From contig OX597816.1 of NCBI GenBank assembly GCA_951406725.2, positions 80,476,001-80,540,000 on the forward strand: a stretch of 64,000 bases of DNA, written 5' to 3'. Each line of letters opens with the position of its first letter. The first letter of the stretch is position 1. Source of the DNA: Octopus vulgaris. Lineage: Eukaryota. Shown here piece by piece: positions 27,196 to 41,805 of this stretch. The notes beneath the pieces are model-generated. The model was not told where the DNA came from, did not search any database, and saw only the letters and a list, made by a program, of their open reading frames with translations. The translations under genes were made by a program, and so were the position numbers.

Positions 27196-28076
27196 GTTGA
27201 TCTGAGGATTCCTCGAACCGTTTAAGTCTTATAGACTGCACTCCAACACCAACCATGATGTTCTTTTCTTTCTTCTTTCATTGATGTAAAGAAGGCAACC
27301 TTATTTAATGGATTTGATACTTTTAAGAACATAAAGTATGACTTGATAGACATTTGGTTGCTATTTCTGGCAAACCAAGATGATAACATGGACTGAATAA
27401 ATGAATGATACCTCAAAATGATAGGTCTGTGTGTGTATGTGTGTGTGTGTGTTCATACTATAGAAGAAAATTTGTTGATTTATTGTAATCTTCGCTTTCA
27501 GAGGACGTGTAACAACCACATTTTTACAATTGGAAACTATACTTACATACATATATACATGCATACATACATACATACATACATACATACATACATACAT
27601 ACATACATACATACATACATACATACATACATACATACGTACAGACAGACAGGCAGACACACACACACAAACACTCACATATACATACATATATACATAC
27701 ATATATACATACATATACACACACACACATATATACATATATGCAAAGATGTCTATATACTTATATAAGTACGTACGTACTTTCGTACGTGCGTACCTAA
27801 GTATATCTGTCAGTGTGTATGGAAATGTATATGCTTGTTACTAACTTGCACTTATAAATATGTGTGTGTGTGTCTGCGTGTTTGCGTGTGCACACCAATT
27901 AGTTACATGCGTTTGCATATACGCCCATGTGTAGATCTAAGTGGTTACACCAAAGTAATTATTGTATGCTTGAATAAGAACACTTGTATGTCACATGTGA
28001 ATACATTTCTACCGGTGGGTCAGAGTGTTTGTGTATGTGTGCATTCACTAAAAATATACATGTTTGTATTTAAACT

Positions 28077-28110
28077 TACTTGAACGTTATGCATATAGCC
28101 ATATATATAT

Positions 28111-28143
<33 letters not shown>

Positions 28144-28473
28144 CAGAGAAAGAAACAGAGAGAGAGAGAGAGACATATGTGTGGGTATGTCAAAGCATGC
28201 GTGTGCTTCATTGAGTGTATACACATGGTGTGTACAGTAAAAGATATATAGAAATTGGTATATCAGCATGAATTTTTCTATGTATGCGTATGTACTTCCC
28301 TACGTGTACCTAAGTGTATGTTTGTATATATTTTTATTTGCTGATATACCAATTTCTATATATCTTTTACTGTACACACCATGTGTATACACTCAATGAA
28401 GCACACGCATGCTTTGACATACCCACACATATGTCTCTCTCTCTCTCTCTGTTTCTTTCTCTGTCTCTCTCTG

Positions 28474-28504
<31 letters not shown>

Positions 28505-28540
28505 ATATATATATATGGCTATATGCATAACGTTCAAGTA
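28077..28540. repeat. Long near-perfect inverted repeat (arms 28077-28268 and 28339-28540, 70-bp spacer)
   Basis: The arms are reverse complements apart from the length of the internal microsatellites. Confidence 0.95.
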
Positions 28541-28868
28541 CTTTAGTATGTCTTTTTGTTTATATATATGTGTCTGTCTATATATTTGTGTGTGATTGTG
28601 TGTGTGTGGTGAGGTTGTGTGTGTGTGGTGGGGTTGTGTGTGTACTTCATGGTTTATGTTTAATTGACTTTAGGAATTAGTATTGGGTCAATGCTCAAAG
28701 ATGTGTTTGCAGCTGGTTGCTTCCAAAACGATTGAAAATCTGTTCTGAGGTGAAGGGTAGATGGCAGTAAAAGGAATATCGTTTAGGTTGCAGATTGGCT
28801 GCTGCTGCCGGTGGAGATGCTTGCTTTTAGAACAACGACAAAGACGGTGATGGCGATGATCATTTTAG

Positions 28869-28906
28869 CGGTATGATTTAAAGTTTCAAATCTTTAAATC
28901 ATACCG
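28869..28906. repeat. Perfect 15-bp-stem hairpin
   Basis: cggtatgatttaaag-tttcaaat-ctttaaatcataccg. Confidence 0.85.
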
Positions 28907-29099
28907 GACGAAGCAGACGTTTTCGTATGGCTTTAATGCATGGCGATAGGGAAGATAGTAACAGTATTACTTCTGCTGTAACTTAGGTTACTTTTATGGT
29001 TGCAATAGTCGCAGTGGTGGTGCTGGCGGCGATGACAGTAGTATGAAATATGTAATGTTATATAACTGATGCCGGTGTGGAAGTATAGGTATTTCATAA

Positions 29100-29100
<1 letters not shown>

Positions 29101-29160
<60 letters not shown>

Positions 29161-29183
29161 GGTGGTGGTAGTAGTAGTAGTAA

Positions 29184-29214
<31 letters not shown>

Positions 29215-29224
29215 GGTGGTGGTG

Positions 29225-29303
<79 letters not shown>

Positions 29304-29316
29304 TAGTAGTAGTAGT
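29101..29316. repeat. (TAG)n/(TGG)n microsatellite
   Basis: Visible directly. Confidence 0.95.
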
Positions 29317-29973
29317 GTAGCGGCGGCGACTGTGTTTGTAGCGCTGCTGATATGAGTTCTGGTAGCATCGAGTTTGGTGACGATGGTGGCAGTGGTGGTG
29401 AAGAATTGGTAGGGTGGTGTTCATAATAATAATGTTATTGAGGATTTGCTGTTGATACTAGAGTTTGGACTCCTCACATTATCTCTGGCTTAAACGTATC
29501 ACTTCTAAGCAAACCACAGGCAACTCTTCTCTTGAATAATTCACAAGAGAGGTGTCTACTACCCCATAGAAAGCCTATCGAAGGTGCCGTACATATTTAA
29601 AGGATCTACAATGACCCCCTCCTCAGACGTAATCGTTACATTTATACCAATATCAACAGTGACATTTCCCATTCTTCCTCGTGTAGAGTTTCTTCGACGA
29701 TGCTGCACCTCTTTAAAATGAAATTTTAGCAATAAGTTATAGAAAAGAGGTGAATTTCATTACCATAACAGGAGAAGCCTTCGCCAAATCTGGTTTAGAA
29801 GCTTTAGCCAAATCTGAACTCGTTGTTATTGCATGCAAACGATCTTACATATTCGTCGTGAAAGTCTAACTTTTGTTGGTGCAATTCTGTATCATATTTA
29901 CAATACAAATATTAACCTACAGAGAACATGAGCTGTACAGTACTGAGTATACATACATACATATATATATAAA

Positions 29974-30009
<36 letters not shown>

Positions 30010-30379
30010 TGTATGTATGTATGTATGTAGCTATGTGGTGGGTATGTGTGTGTTTGTGTCTATGTTTGGAAATTTCCGATCTAGTCATTTTGTAACTCCA
30101 CATTTTTTAAAGAACTGAGTATTGTGTAATTTAGTTTACTTCTATTCTCTCACAGTTAACCTGTTGTTTCAACACAGTGAATGTCCATGAAACGACATCA
30201 GAAAATATGTAGCATATGGTATAATAAATTCTTGGCCATGGTATTGAGAAATATTCTATTATGCAATACGAATATGTCAAAATAAGCGAAAACGTCAAAT
30301 TTAAAGTGCAAATAACTACTTGAAGAAGAGAGATACTATTACCATCATAACTATTATCATCATCATAACCCTCATCATT

Positions 30380-30685
30380 GTGCAATCGACTTACTCCCGT
30401 CTCCCGAAATTGCTGGCCTTGTGTCAAAATTTAAAGAATTATTATAATTATAATATTATTAAAGCCACTATTATTATTATTACAACACAAGGCAGCGAGC
30501 TGGCAGAATCGTTTGCACGCCGGCCGAAATGCTTAACGGTATTTCGTCGGCCGCTACGCTCTGAGTTCAAATTCCGCCGAAGTCGACTTTGCTTTTCGTC
30601 CTTTCGGTGTCGATAAAATAAGTGCCAGTTGAACACTCGTGGCAAAAATTTATGGCAAAACTTTGTAATAATTATAATTAATAAA

Positions 30686-30717
<32 letters not shown>

Positions 30718-30932
30718 TAGTAGTAGTCAGGCGGCAAAATGACAGAATCGTTGGCACGCCGGGCAAAATGCTTAGCAGCGTTTTGTCCGTCTTTATATTC
30801 TGAGTTCAAATTCCGCCGAGGTTGACTTTGCATTCCATCCCTCGGGGGCTGATAAAATAAGTACCAGTCGAGCACTGGAATCGATGTAACCGACTTACCC
30901 TTTCCCCAATATTGTTGGTCTTGCGCCAAAAT
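30380..30932 (+). mobile_element. Cluster of family-1 tRNA-derived SINEs (3' fragment 30380-30435; copies 30491-30640 and 30730-30932)
   Basis: A-box-like tggcagaatcgtt, B-box gagttcaaattcc and central gtcgactttgcttttcgtcctttcggtgtcgataaaataagt, which resembles the Meta/MESC SINE domain (from recall). (ATT)n tails. Confidence 0.85.
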
Positions 30933-31774
30933 TATTATTATCGTTATTATTATTATTATAATAATAATAATAATTATTATTATTATTATTACTATTATTA
31001 TTATTATCAGTAGTAGTAGTAGTAGTACATGTGTCATATGCTTCGTTGCGATAACTTGAAATAACACATTTGCTGACGTTGATGTAACAAAGTATTAGAC
31101 AAGAGGTTAATAGTCCAACTTCGACAATTAGTTTCATTACTAATGCCGACATTGTCACCTTCATCGTCGTTGTCGTAGATATCATCATCGTCATTATCAT
31201 GATCATCACCACCAACAGGAGCAGCAGCTTCATCAAAATTCGTCATCAATCTTCATCATAATGATCAAGATTATAATCATCATCACTCTCATCATTATCA
31301 TCGTCGTCGTCATCACCATCATCATTATCGTCATCTTCATCATCATCATTATCATCGACAACAATATCAGCATCAACGTAATCATAACCCAATTTGTCTT
31401 ATTCCTCGTCGGCTTTAGATTTATCTATTATCTAATATGGATAATATTATCTCCTTGTTCATACTTGTTCATTTGGTACTATTCCAATGAATTGCCACCG
31501 TAATCATCACTACCATATAATTATCTTTATCCTCATCATCATCGTCATCATCATCATTTGCATCATCTTCATCACATACTACTGCTTGACATGTTAGAAG
31601 TTTTCATGGAAGTACGACATGCAGTCTTAAAAGAAAATGGCAGATATGTTAACGTGGCCATATCTGCAATATGTCCAGGAAAAAGGTTAGATGGAACATA
31701 TTTGACTATACAACTGCTCACCTGATTATTAACGTTTGGCTCTCCTTCGTAAACAACATTCGTTAATGGAGGAT

Positions 31775-32071
31775 AATGTTTGTCACCTTCCTGGCTCATA
31801 AGAACCGGTTTCCCGGTTTCCTTGGCGTGTAGGTTCCCCACCTGGACGGGACGCCGGTCCGTCGCAGGTGAGCTGCAAGATGCAGGAGGAAAAAGTGAGA
31901 GAAAGTCGTGCGAAAGTGTCAGCAGAAGTTTTTTCCATTATCTTCTGCCGGAGCCGCGTGTAGCTTAGGTATTTCGCTCAGAAAAACACACACATTTTTC
32001 GGTCTGTGATTTGAACCAGTGTTCCCTCGACTACGAGTCCGCTGCTCTAACCACTTGGCCATGTTCCTCCA
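31775..32071 (-). mobile_element. tRNA-derived SINE family 3 with V-domain-like centre
   Basis: Minus-strand head gtggaggaacatggccaagtggttagagcagcggactc...ggttcaaatc and cctgcgacggaccggcgtcccgtccagg (V-SINE-like, from recall). Second copy at 63458-63722. Confidence 0.8.
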
Positions 32072-32258
32072 CAATGGAGGATAATGTATATCGGTTATTA
32101 TCGAGTTGCGATGTAGGCATAGCATTTCGCTTCTACATGTTTCCTTCAACTAAATACCACTCAGAACGCATTAGTCAGCCTGAGACGACGGTAGAAGAGA
32201 CTTGACCAGATAGAAAGGAAGTTGTGTTGTGTGTGTGTGCTTCAGTGTGTGTGCGTGC

Positions 32259-32291
<33 letters not shown>

Positions 32292-32375
32292 TGTGTGTGT
32301 GTGCATGTGTGTGCATGTGCGTGCGTGCTCACAAACACACACACACTCTGACACATGGAAAAACCTATGTGACGC

Positions 32376-32414
<39 letters not shown>

Positions 32415-32686
32415 GAATAGATGTCCCTATCTTCGAAACGCAGAGTAAATAAAACAGGGGACAACTGATAGAGGGGATTTCTTTATGTGGTCTATCTCAT
32501 TTCTCTATTTTTTCTTTCGTCATTCGAAAAAAGTTCGTTTTCTATGTTTTTGTTTTTTATGTTCTCGTTTCTCATTTTTTTTTTGACGTCCTGTACCCAT
32601 ATATGCAAAATATATATATACATATATATATATGTAGGTATGTACATATATGTATGTATATATGCATATATTTATATATTATTCAT

Positions 32687-32724
<38 letters not shown>

Positions 32725-32979
32725 TATGCAAATTTAAAACACATGCAGTCCTGCTTCTATATGCATTATGCACAAACACATACAGAACTATACAAAGAAG
32801 TGGATGCATATTTGTGTTGTAACTTCTACTTCATAAAACATGTCTCTTTCTGCCACTTATTATCTCTTTCTAGGCTCACACATACACAAATACTTATACA
32901 GACACAGATACAAATGCATCTATAAACACGTACATTTTATGAGTGTGTATGTGTGGTTGCATATATGCATGTATGTCTA

Positions 32980-33024
<45 letters not shown>

Positions 33025-34332
33025 TTATGTATGTCTATATATGTATATATACGTACGTACGTATGTATGTATGTATGTTTGTATGTATGTATGCATGCAT
33101 GTATATATCTATATGAACAAAAAAGGAGAAAATAGCATCTATCTTAAGGGGTTATATTCAGGAAACGATGTGAATTATAGTGTCTTAAATTTCATTGAAG
33201 CTATTCTTTATTTCTCTCTGCCCAACATCACGACTTCTACCCATCATAAAAACTATAAAATATTCATTTAACCTTCCTTCAGACGTGCAATTTCCCATAA
33301 TATATTCGTTTACTGCCAATAAATCCACTCCGTTCTACCTGAAGTCAAAACCTCATTCATTAACTATCTTGTTTTTGCCATTTTTAATTTATATAAATTT
33401 TATGGTAAAAATAACGTCCTTCTTATAAGCTCCATTATTTCGTTAATTATAAATTCTTCTAATCTATTTATGCTTCTTTTTCAAGAAATCCTTAGGAAGA
33501 ATGACAATATCTTAGTAAAATAGAAAGAGAAAAGAGGATGAGAGAGAGAGATAGAGAGAGAGAGTGTGTGTGAGAGAATAAGAAAGATCAAGGAGAGCCA
33601 GAGAAGGGGAACAGAATGCACAGGAAAAGAGGGATATAAAGGAAATAGCGCATAAGAATTAACTAATTATCATGAATGAGATTGTTCGCAATTTGCATAA
33701 TTTCATTAATACGTTCACTTAGATTTTTACTATTATTATTTTTACGCGTTTATATTAGAACGCGTTTGATTTTGTACGTATTTTTGGAGGGAAGAGAACA
33801 CACAGATACATAAATGGTTGTGCACATAGCAGTGAAAACACACATACATACATACAAAAATATACGCACGCGTGCACGCACTCATATTTGTACGCACATG
33901 GGGGTGATACACATAAAAGCATAAGTATGCATATATTTATATGTGGATGTATGTATAAACAACATGAACACATACATGTGCGCGCATATAAATATATATG
34001 AATATATATGTGAGGGAGTGCATCTATCTATCTATCCCTCTCTCTCTCTCTCTCTCGTCTCTCTCTCTATATATATGTGTGTGTGTGTCTGTATATATAT
34101 ATATACATACATATATACATGCATACATATATATATAATTACATACATACATATACATATATACATATATACATACATACATACATATACATATATATAC
34201 ACACATATACATATATACATACATATACATATATACATACATACATATACATATATACATACATACATATACATATATACATACATTCATACATATACAT
34301 ATATACATACATACATACATATACATATATAC

Positions 34333-34387
<55 letters not shown>

Positions 34388-36416
34388 CATATACATTATT
34401 GATTTCCGAGATAAGATATCGAATATAACTCCTCATTATCAGTTGGCTAATTATCAATTGAAATTTTCTAATTACTTAGCTCTCATATACTTTGAATCAT
34501 AATCAGTTTAATTTGTCAATAAACACTAACCCCATTTTATACATTTTCGGCTTCAGATAACTATAACCCATGGTCTTTTAAACTATTCTTTTAGAACCAA
34601 TTTATATTGTGTGGTTTTCTCTTGAATCCATTAGTTACTGTTTTATACATAGCTAAGTGAATATTTAAATGTTATCTAACTGAATAACGAAACTTACTTT
34701 CCTTCAATCAATTAACAAGCTTATCAAACGAATTTCATCAACGTGTTATTCAAATTGATTCCAACTGCTGAAAGCCTACCAACTGCCATTTGGAAGTATC
34801 TAGCCTCTCAGGGCCTGTGGTTTACAAAGTTACCCTCACACCAACCAATGGCATCGTAACACACCACATGGGCATGACGGATAATATTTTCAAGTGAAGG
34901 TATATGCTGCATAAACAAGCCTTCAGGAGCAGGGATAGCGAAAATTCTACATGCTCGTCTCACTTTATCTGAAGGTTTCGGGACCATCGAATACAGTATC
35001 CTTGATAAGGCCCAAAACGTCTTTCTGTCTGGTACAATGCACCGAGGGCTAAGTTATCTGAGGCTATAAGGCGTGAGTAAGGCTATAAGGCCTGAGTGAT
35101 CAGACGTATGATCTAAAGCATTGCAGTTGTGACTATTTTGTATTTTTCCTACGCTCTGTGCATACAGAATCATTTAAACAATGTATGTTTTCTTTTAATT
35201 GACGTTATGATTTCTTAAAAGGGAATTTTTATACAGTCTTTCCGCAGCACTAGAATCAGTGAAACTACTTTCTGATTGGAGGTATTTCTGTTGTTTGTGG
35301 TGAAGAAAGTGGTGCTGGTTCTAATGCTATTAGTATTGCTGCGGTTTTATTGACATTTAATTATAGTAATGACATCACGATGTTATCAGTATGCCGTTAC
35401 TATTTCATGTATTAATTGCTTGTGCGTGCTCACGCTTCTGTCTGGGCTTACATTGTGGGTGATTGCAAATGTTTCATCCCATTCTGAAGGTGCATACACA
35501 CACAAAAAATGCATGTGTCTGTGTATGCATATGTGTATGTATATGCGCATAAATATGTGTGCGCATGTGTGTGTGTGTATTTGTGCATAAGTATTTGCGT
35601 GCGCACGTGTGTGTATTTGTAAAAACTATAGCCGCTAATGATGCTATTAAGCAAATTATAGCAGTTTCTTTTTAACTAATTTATTTTACAGGTTTTATAG
35701 GCTTTAAAATACAGACACAATCACATAAAATTATTTTTTATTATTTTGGAATGACATAATGTGATATATATATAAACATTCAATCAGTCTTAAAATGATG
35801 CTCTGCTATTTCATATTATATTACTGCATAAATATATTCTATTTAGTATAAATTATATGATTATGCAATAGTATTATATATGCAGTGAAATAATGTTCAC
35901 ATAATATTATTTATGTTATACCTAAACAGCTCATTCTGATATACTAATATATATCAATATATGTCACCGAGTACTTACATAAGCATAACACTTATAAGAA
36001 TGCCTCAAATAAGCACAAGGACAAAAGTTCTCGTGAGTGTGGAACAATTGATTAAAATTACCTCAGTACTTCACTGATACCCTACTTTATTAACTGTCGA
36101 GGAATGAACGGGGAATTGATCTTCGCATAATTTCTGCATAAAACAGGACCACTAACTGCAATTCACTTGGGGTGACATTCCAATGAATCTACCGATCTAA
36201 TGACTATGGTATGTATGTTTTGTTTTAATACTGAATTCAAATTTTGGCACAGAGCCAGCAATTTCATGGATGGGTGTACTCGGTGGAAACTGTACTCAAC
36301 GAGAAAGGACAGACGGAATGCCACTAAGAATTTTGCCCGCCGTGCCAACAATTCTGCCCGTTCACAGCTTTAAGAACAATAATAATCCCGGCTACTATTA
36401 CTACTACTACTACAAC

Positions 36417-36687
<271 letters not shown>

Positions 36688-36926
36688 CCTTTCTACTATA
36701 GGCACATGGCCTGAAATTTGGCGGGAGGGGGCCAGTCGATCAGATCGACCCCAGTACGCAAGTGGTACTTAATTTATTGACCCACGGAAGGATGAAAGAC
36801 AAAGTCGACCTCGGCGGAATTTGAGTTCAGAACGTAGGGACATACGAAACACTGCTAAGTATTACACCCCGCGTGCTAACGATTCTGCCAGCTCGCCGCC
36901 TGAGTAATAATAATAATAATAATTAT

Positions 36927-36977
<51 letters not shown>

Positions 36978-37181
36978 CATTTCTACTATAGGCACAAGGC
37001 CTGAAATTTATTGGGTGGGGACTAGTCGATATTATCGACTCCAATGTTTGACTCAATGTACCGACCCGAAAGGATGAAAAGTAAAGTCGACCTCGGCGGA
37101 ATTTGAAGTCAGACCATAGTGACGGGCGAAATACCGCGAAGCATTTCCTCCAAGGTGCTAACGATTCTGCCATCTCGCCGT
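36688..37181 (-). mobile_element. Two tandem family-1 SINEs (36688-36900 and 36978-37181) separated by (AAT)n
   Basis: Both read ttctactataggcac...aaggatgaaa...aaagtcgacctcggcggaatttga...gctaacgattctgcca.ctcgccg. Confidence 0.9.
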
Positions 37182-37184
37182 CTG

Positions 37185-37490
37185 CAAAAAGAACCCCTTC
37201 GTTTATGTATGACCATCGGATTGCACCCAGAAAGTGCCATGGCACGAGACCGGGCAGGATTGTTTATGGAAGAGCAGCAGTCGCCTATGCATACCAGCCA
37301 CCCTCTCTCCATGCCACAAGTGTTATCCAAGGGGAAGGCAAAGGCCAACACAGCTTGGCAACAGTGACGTCGCAACTCATTTCTATACGTGAATGAACTG
37401 CAGCAACGTGAAATAGAGTGTCTTGCTCAAGAACACAACACATATCTCTGGCCCGGAAACGACCTCACTATCTTATGATCGTGAGCCTGC
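37185..37490 (-). mobile_element. CORE-type SINE
   Basis: Minus strand reads tgtgttcttgagcaagacactctatttcacgttgctgcagttcattcacg...aaatgagttg. Confidence 0.7.
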
Positions 37491-37506
37491 TTATCTACTA
37501 CTACTT

Positions 37507-37507
<1 letters not shown>

Positions 37508-37576
<69 letters not shown>

Positions 37577-37683
37577 CAACAATAATGACGATGATGGTGA
37601 TGGTGATGATGAGAAGAAGAAGAAGAAGAAGAAGAAGAAGAAGAAGAAGAAGAAGAAGAAGAAGAAGAAGAAGAAGAAGAAGA
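37508..37683. repeat. (AAT)n and (AAG)n microsatellites
   Basis: Visible directly. Confidence 0.95.
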
Positions 37684-40534
37684 ATGGTCACTCAACCTAC
37701 TAGAAATCACAACTAAATCCTTGCTAAATTAAAACAAACTATTGAAAAGAAGCGTTTTATTCACAGTTAGAATAATGCCTTAAAACCTTGGCATCCTCAA
37801 TTGGTGTTGACCTGGGTCTGTTCATAGTTTTAACTATAAATGTTATTACGGTCAAATTTTATTTCGCCGATTTCGAGCCCATAACGTTAGTCCATCACCT
37901 AACGTAGAAACAGTGATGTGTTTGCTTACCCTGAAAAACAATGCAAATTTAAACAATTGTGAAAATATATAATTTATTAAAGATCAAAAGGTTGTGAAAA
38001 TCGTTAGAGCTTTTAAAATAAAAATAACTTGCAGTATTTGTAGTTATTTACGTTCTATGGTTTTCGAATCGGACCTGAATGCGTCGGCGGAAGTAACAAC
38101 ATTTTCAATATAGGAAATAGCTGTCACGACTATAAAGTATGTATGTATGTATGTATGTATGTATGTATGTATGTATGTATGTATGTATGTATGAACGTAT
38201 GTATGTAGGCATGTGTGAATGTATTTATGTGTATGTATGTACGCGTGCAAGCATGAATGTATTTATGTGTATGTAGACATGCATGAATGTATGCATGTAT
38301 GTATGCATGTATGTCTGAATGTATTTATGTATGCATGCAGGCATACAGGTATGTATGTATGTATGTACTATGTACGTATGCATGTATGTTTGTGTGTATT
38401 AATCAGTTTTAAATCTACATAAGTGATTCAAAGGGCCGAGAGTTCATGCTCTTATCTGACTTCCTTCTCTGATTATCTTTTTCTCTTTCTCTCCCCCACT
38501 CTTATTTTCTACTTATCTGTCTATCTATTGATCTCTCTCTCTATCTATACAACTGTGTATGTGTGTGCGTGTGAGCGCGCGCGTGTGTCTATGCGTAATG
38601 TAAATAGTAAGGCTTAACTTTTTAAATGCATAATCTTTGGTGTGGTGTTGTGAATTTGTCGTTGTGTATTTGTTTTTTATCCTGATTTGCACAATCTACT
38701 CTGTTTGCTTAAAATATGGATATTGCGTTACGGCTACAAAAAGAATCGCATCACCATTTGAGATACATTCTTGGAAACGGTTGGAAATATTATACATTTG
38801 ATGGAGGTTGGTTTGTTTGATGGATGACTGGATGACTTACGGGAATAGTTGAAACAGTCTAGGAATTGCATTCCTAAAAAAGCCTACATAATATGTGTAC
38901 ACCCTCAAGTGAGAAAGTATCATATGGATTACGGAAGACATTGTATTATATATTTATTTTATGTCAGGATCTCCAAAACATTCAACAGCGTAAATGCAGA
39001 AATTCAATGGATTTTTCTATATCTTACCTCATTGTTTTCTATGATTTCAGCTTGTATTTTTACGCATGAATACTTGGGCGAGAGATCTAACACAAATGAG
39101 TGAACAGTGAGGCGAGTGAAAAATTAAGCTGAGATTCATATCATGTCAACAAAACATACCATTATCAACGATACAGATATTTTCTGTCATTGAAGTCAAC
39201 AAAAATATTAAATATATATTTTTAATTACTGGTTGATAGCAGTATATTATGAAAACATGATTTTTGGATTAATAACACGTTCATTATAATATTTATATTA
39301 CTACTTTCATCATTTTTCTTTTGATAAATTTAATGTAACTGTGGTTTTATAGCATTTAGATAACAAGCGAATTGCTCGTAAACTATATTAATTAAGTCTA
39401 TAAATTATTGCTCAGTTAAGTCATAAATAAACTCATGTGAGATTTCATATAACTTATAGTGTAATTAAAATCGCTTTTTAATTATTCAAGTCAATGCAAA
39501 TAACTTTCTATATTAGATGACATTTTATTACCTCCAAATACAAATTCTATAAATTGCATTGCCCTCAACCAAGTGTTATATAATGGTTTAGAGACGTGAA
39601 TGCAAATTTAATTGTAAAAAGAAGACGTGTAATACTCAAAATCCACGTTCAAATTTTATCTAAAGAAAAGCACATAACTTACAACATTATTTCTCTCTTT
39701 GTGAGAGTAAACCTCTCTCATAATAAATTCTCTAAACACACTCTGTTCATTTAGGCTATCGCTAAATAGCTCTCATTGAAGTTTCCATTACCGATATCGT
39801 TGAATAGCTCCCATATTAATATTGAAAATTTACATAATGAGGGTGGGGAAGGATTTTAAACACACACAAATTCTATTGTGTGGAATGTATACATGTGTAT
39901 ATGTTTTGGCTTTAATGTATACCTACACATATGCGTGAATGAATATTCAGATTGACAATCCATCAGCAGAAAGTCACAGAGGAGCTATATATCTAGAAGT
40001 GTATAAGATCAAGTATATAAGTGTTTATGTGACGTGTGCATGTGTGTGTGTGTGTGTTTCAGTAAGGCAAATACATATAAATGCTTTACACACTTCTCTG
40101 CCTTTTCTCAGAACCTCGATAAAAAGTTATATCAGCAAAGATTTCGACCGAACTAACTTGCTTGCCTTTGACTCTTTTCATCTCCTGGGTAAGACGCTTT
40201 CTGCTAGTTCGTTCCATCACAACGTGCAGTGACAGATAAACTGCAATATAGATTCTGTCAGTTTTGGTGTTCATTAAAATTCAAAATAATTCCACAGATT
40301 TTTCTATACATTCTCATTTTCTATACATTCTCTTCCTGCAATTCATTTACCCCACGAGCGGTAATCGTAAAAAAATAATAATAAAATAAAAGTGTACCGA
40401 TTTTACCGACCTGAAAAAGAGCTACAAATGACATGGAACACTATCTCACTCTTCTGAATCTTTAATGTTCCCTGCACACACATCGAATATCGGACATGAA
40501 GTCAATAAAACAGAAATATTGGTGTCAAATCTGT

Positions 40535-40700
40535 TGGCACAAGGCCAGTAAGTTTGGGGGGTGTAAATAATTTAATTACACAGAACCCAGTCCTCAACTG
40601 GCACTTATTTCATCGATTCTGATTGATGAAAGGCAAAGTCGACCTCTGAGGAATTTAAGCACAGAAAATATGCTGGTGGTTCTGTTAGCTCGCCGCCTTC
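40535..40700 (-). mobile_element. Degraded family-1 SINE
   Basis: ttggcacaaggccag...gatgaaaggcaaagtcgacctc...agctcgccgcc. Confidence 0.7.
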
Positions 40701-40852
40701 AAGCATAAAAAAAACCAATAAATTAGTAGAACAGATACACGACGAAAAATAACATCACTAGGTGAGACAAGCTGACACTGAATTAGCTTCGCTGATTGAC
40801 AGATGACGGTATCGTTTAGAGAATGCCCCTCTCCGAAAGAGGGAGAGGGGCG

Positions 40853-40915
40853 CCACGTCAAAACGGTAGAGGAGTAGGGGCTGAAACCGGACGTGGTTCC
40901 TCCTGATGATGCCTT
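40853..40915 (+). ncRNA. Candidate hammerhead ribozyme with non-circularly permuted strand order
   Basis: CGGUA-GAGGAG (40864-74), GGGGCU-GAAA-CCG (40877-89) and UUCCUC-CUGAUGA-UGCCUU (40897-915) give the full core and complementarity for helices I, II and III. Confidence 0.4.
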
Positions 40916-41358
40916 GGGCTAACTGGATTCTATAAAGGAGCTGTTGTGGTAGCAGACCACGAAACACGGTTGAAATTCCTCCTGAGGCCAAGCCGACAGC
41001 GTATATACAAATGTGTAAACGACAAAGCCTTTTGTCGTTGATTTCCTTTCTAGCTATTCTCTTTTACTTAGTCTTCTAACCTTAATAGGATAGATATGAA
41101 CGTCATCGTACATACTGCAACCAAAATAAAACTCAACAGAGATTATCAGCGTTTATGCATACCACTGATCAAACTAAATGCCAACCACTATCATTGTACT
41201 TGTGCCTAGGATACCTAAATATCTAGATGTATAGAAAGATAAACAAAACAGAATAGCTTGATGCGTGTATATATGTGTGTGTGTCTGTGTCATAAATTTA
41301 TGCGTGTATACATATATATATGTGTGTGGGTGTGTCAGGGTCTCTGTGAATATACAAA

Positions 41359-41805
<447 letters not shown>

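Noticed and set aside
28933-29424. Mucin-like Thr-rich ORF
   Set aside because: It is (TAG/TGG)n microsatellite with no supporting domain or splice evidence
31995-32071. tRNA gene
   Set aside because: It has A/B boxes but no complete cloverleaf and continues into a SINE body repeated at 63458-63722
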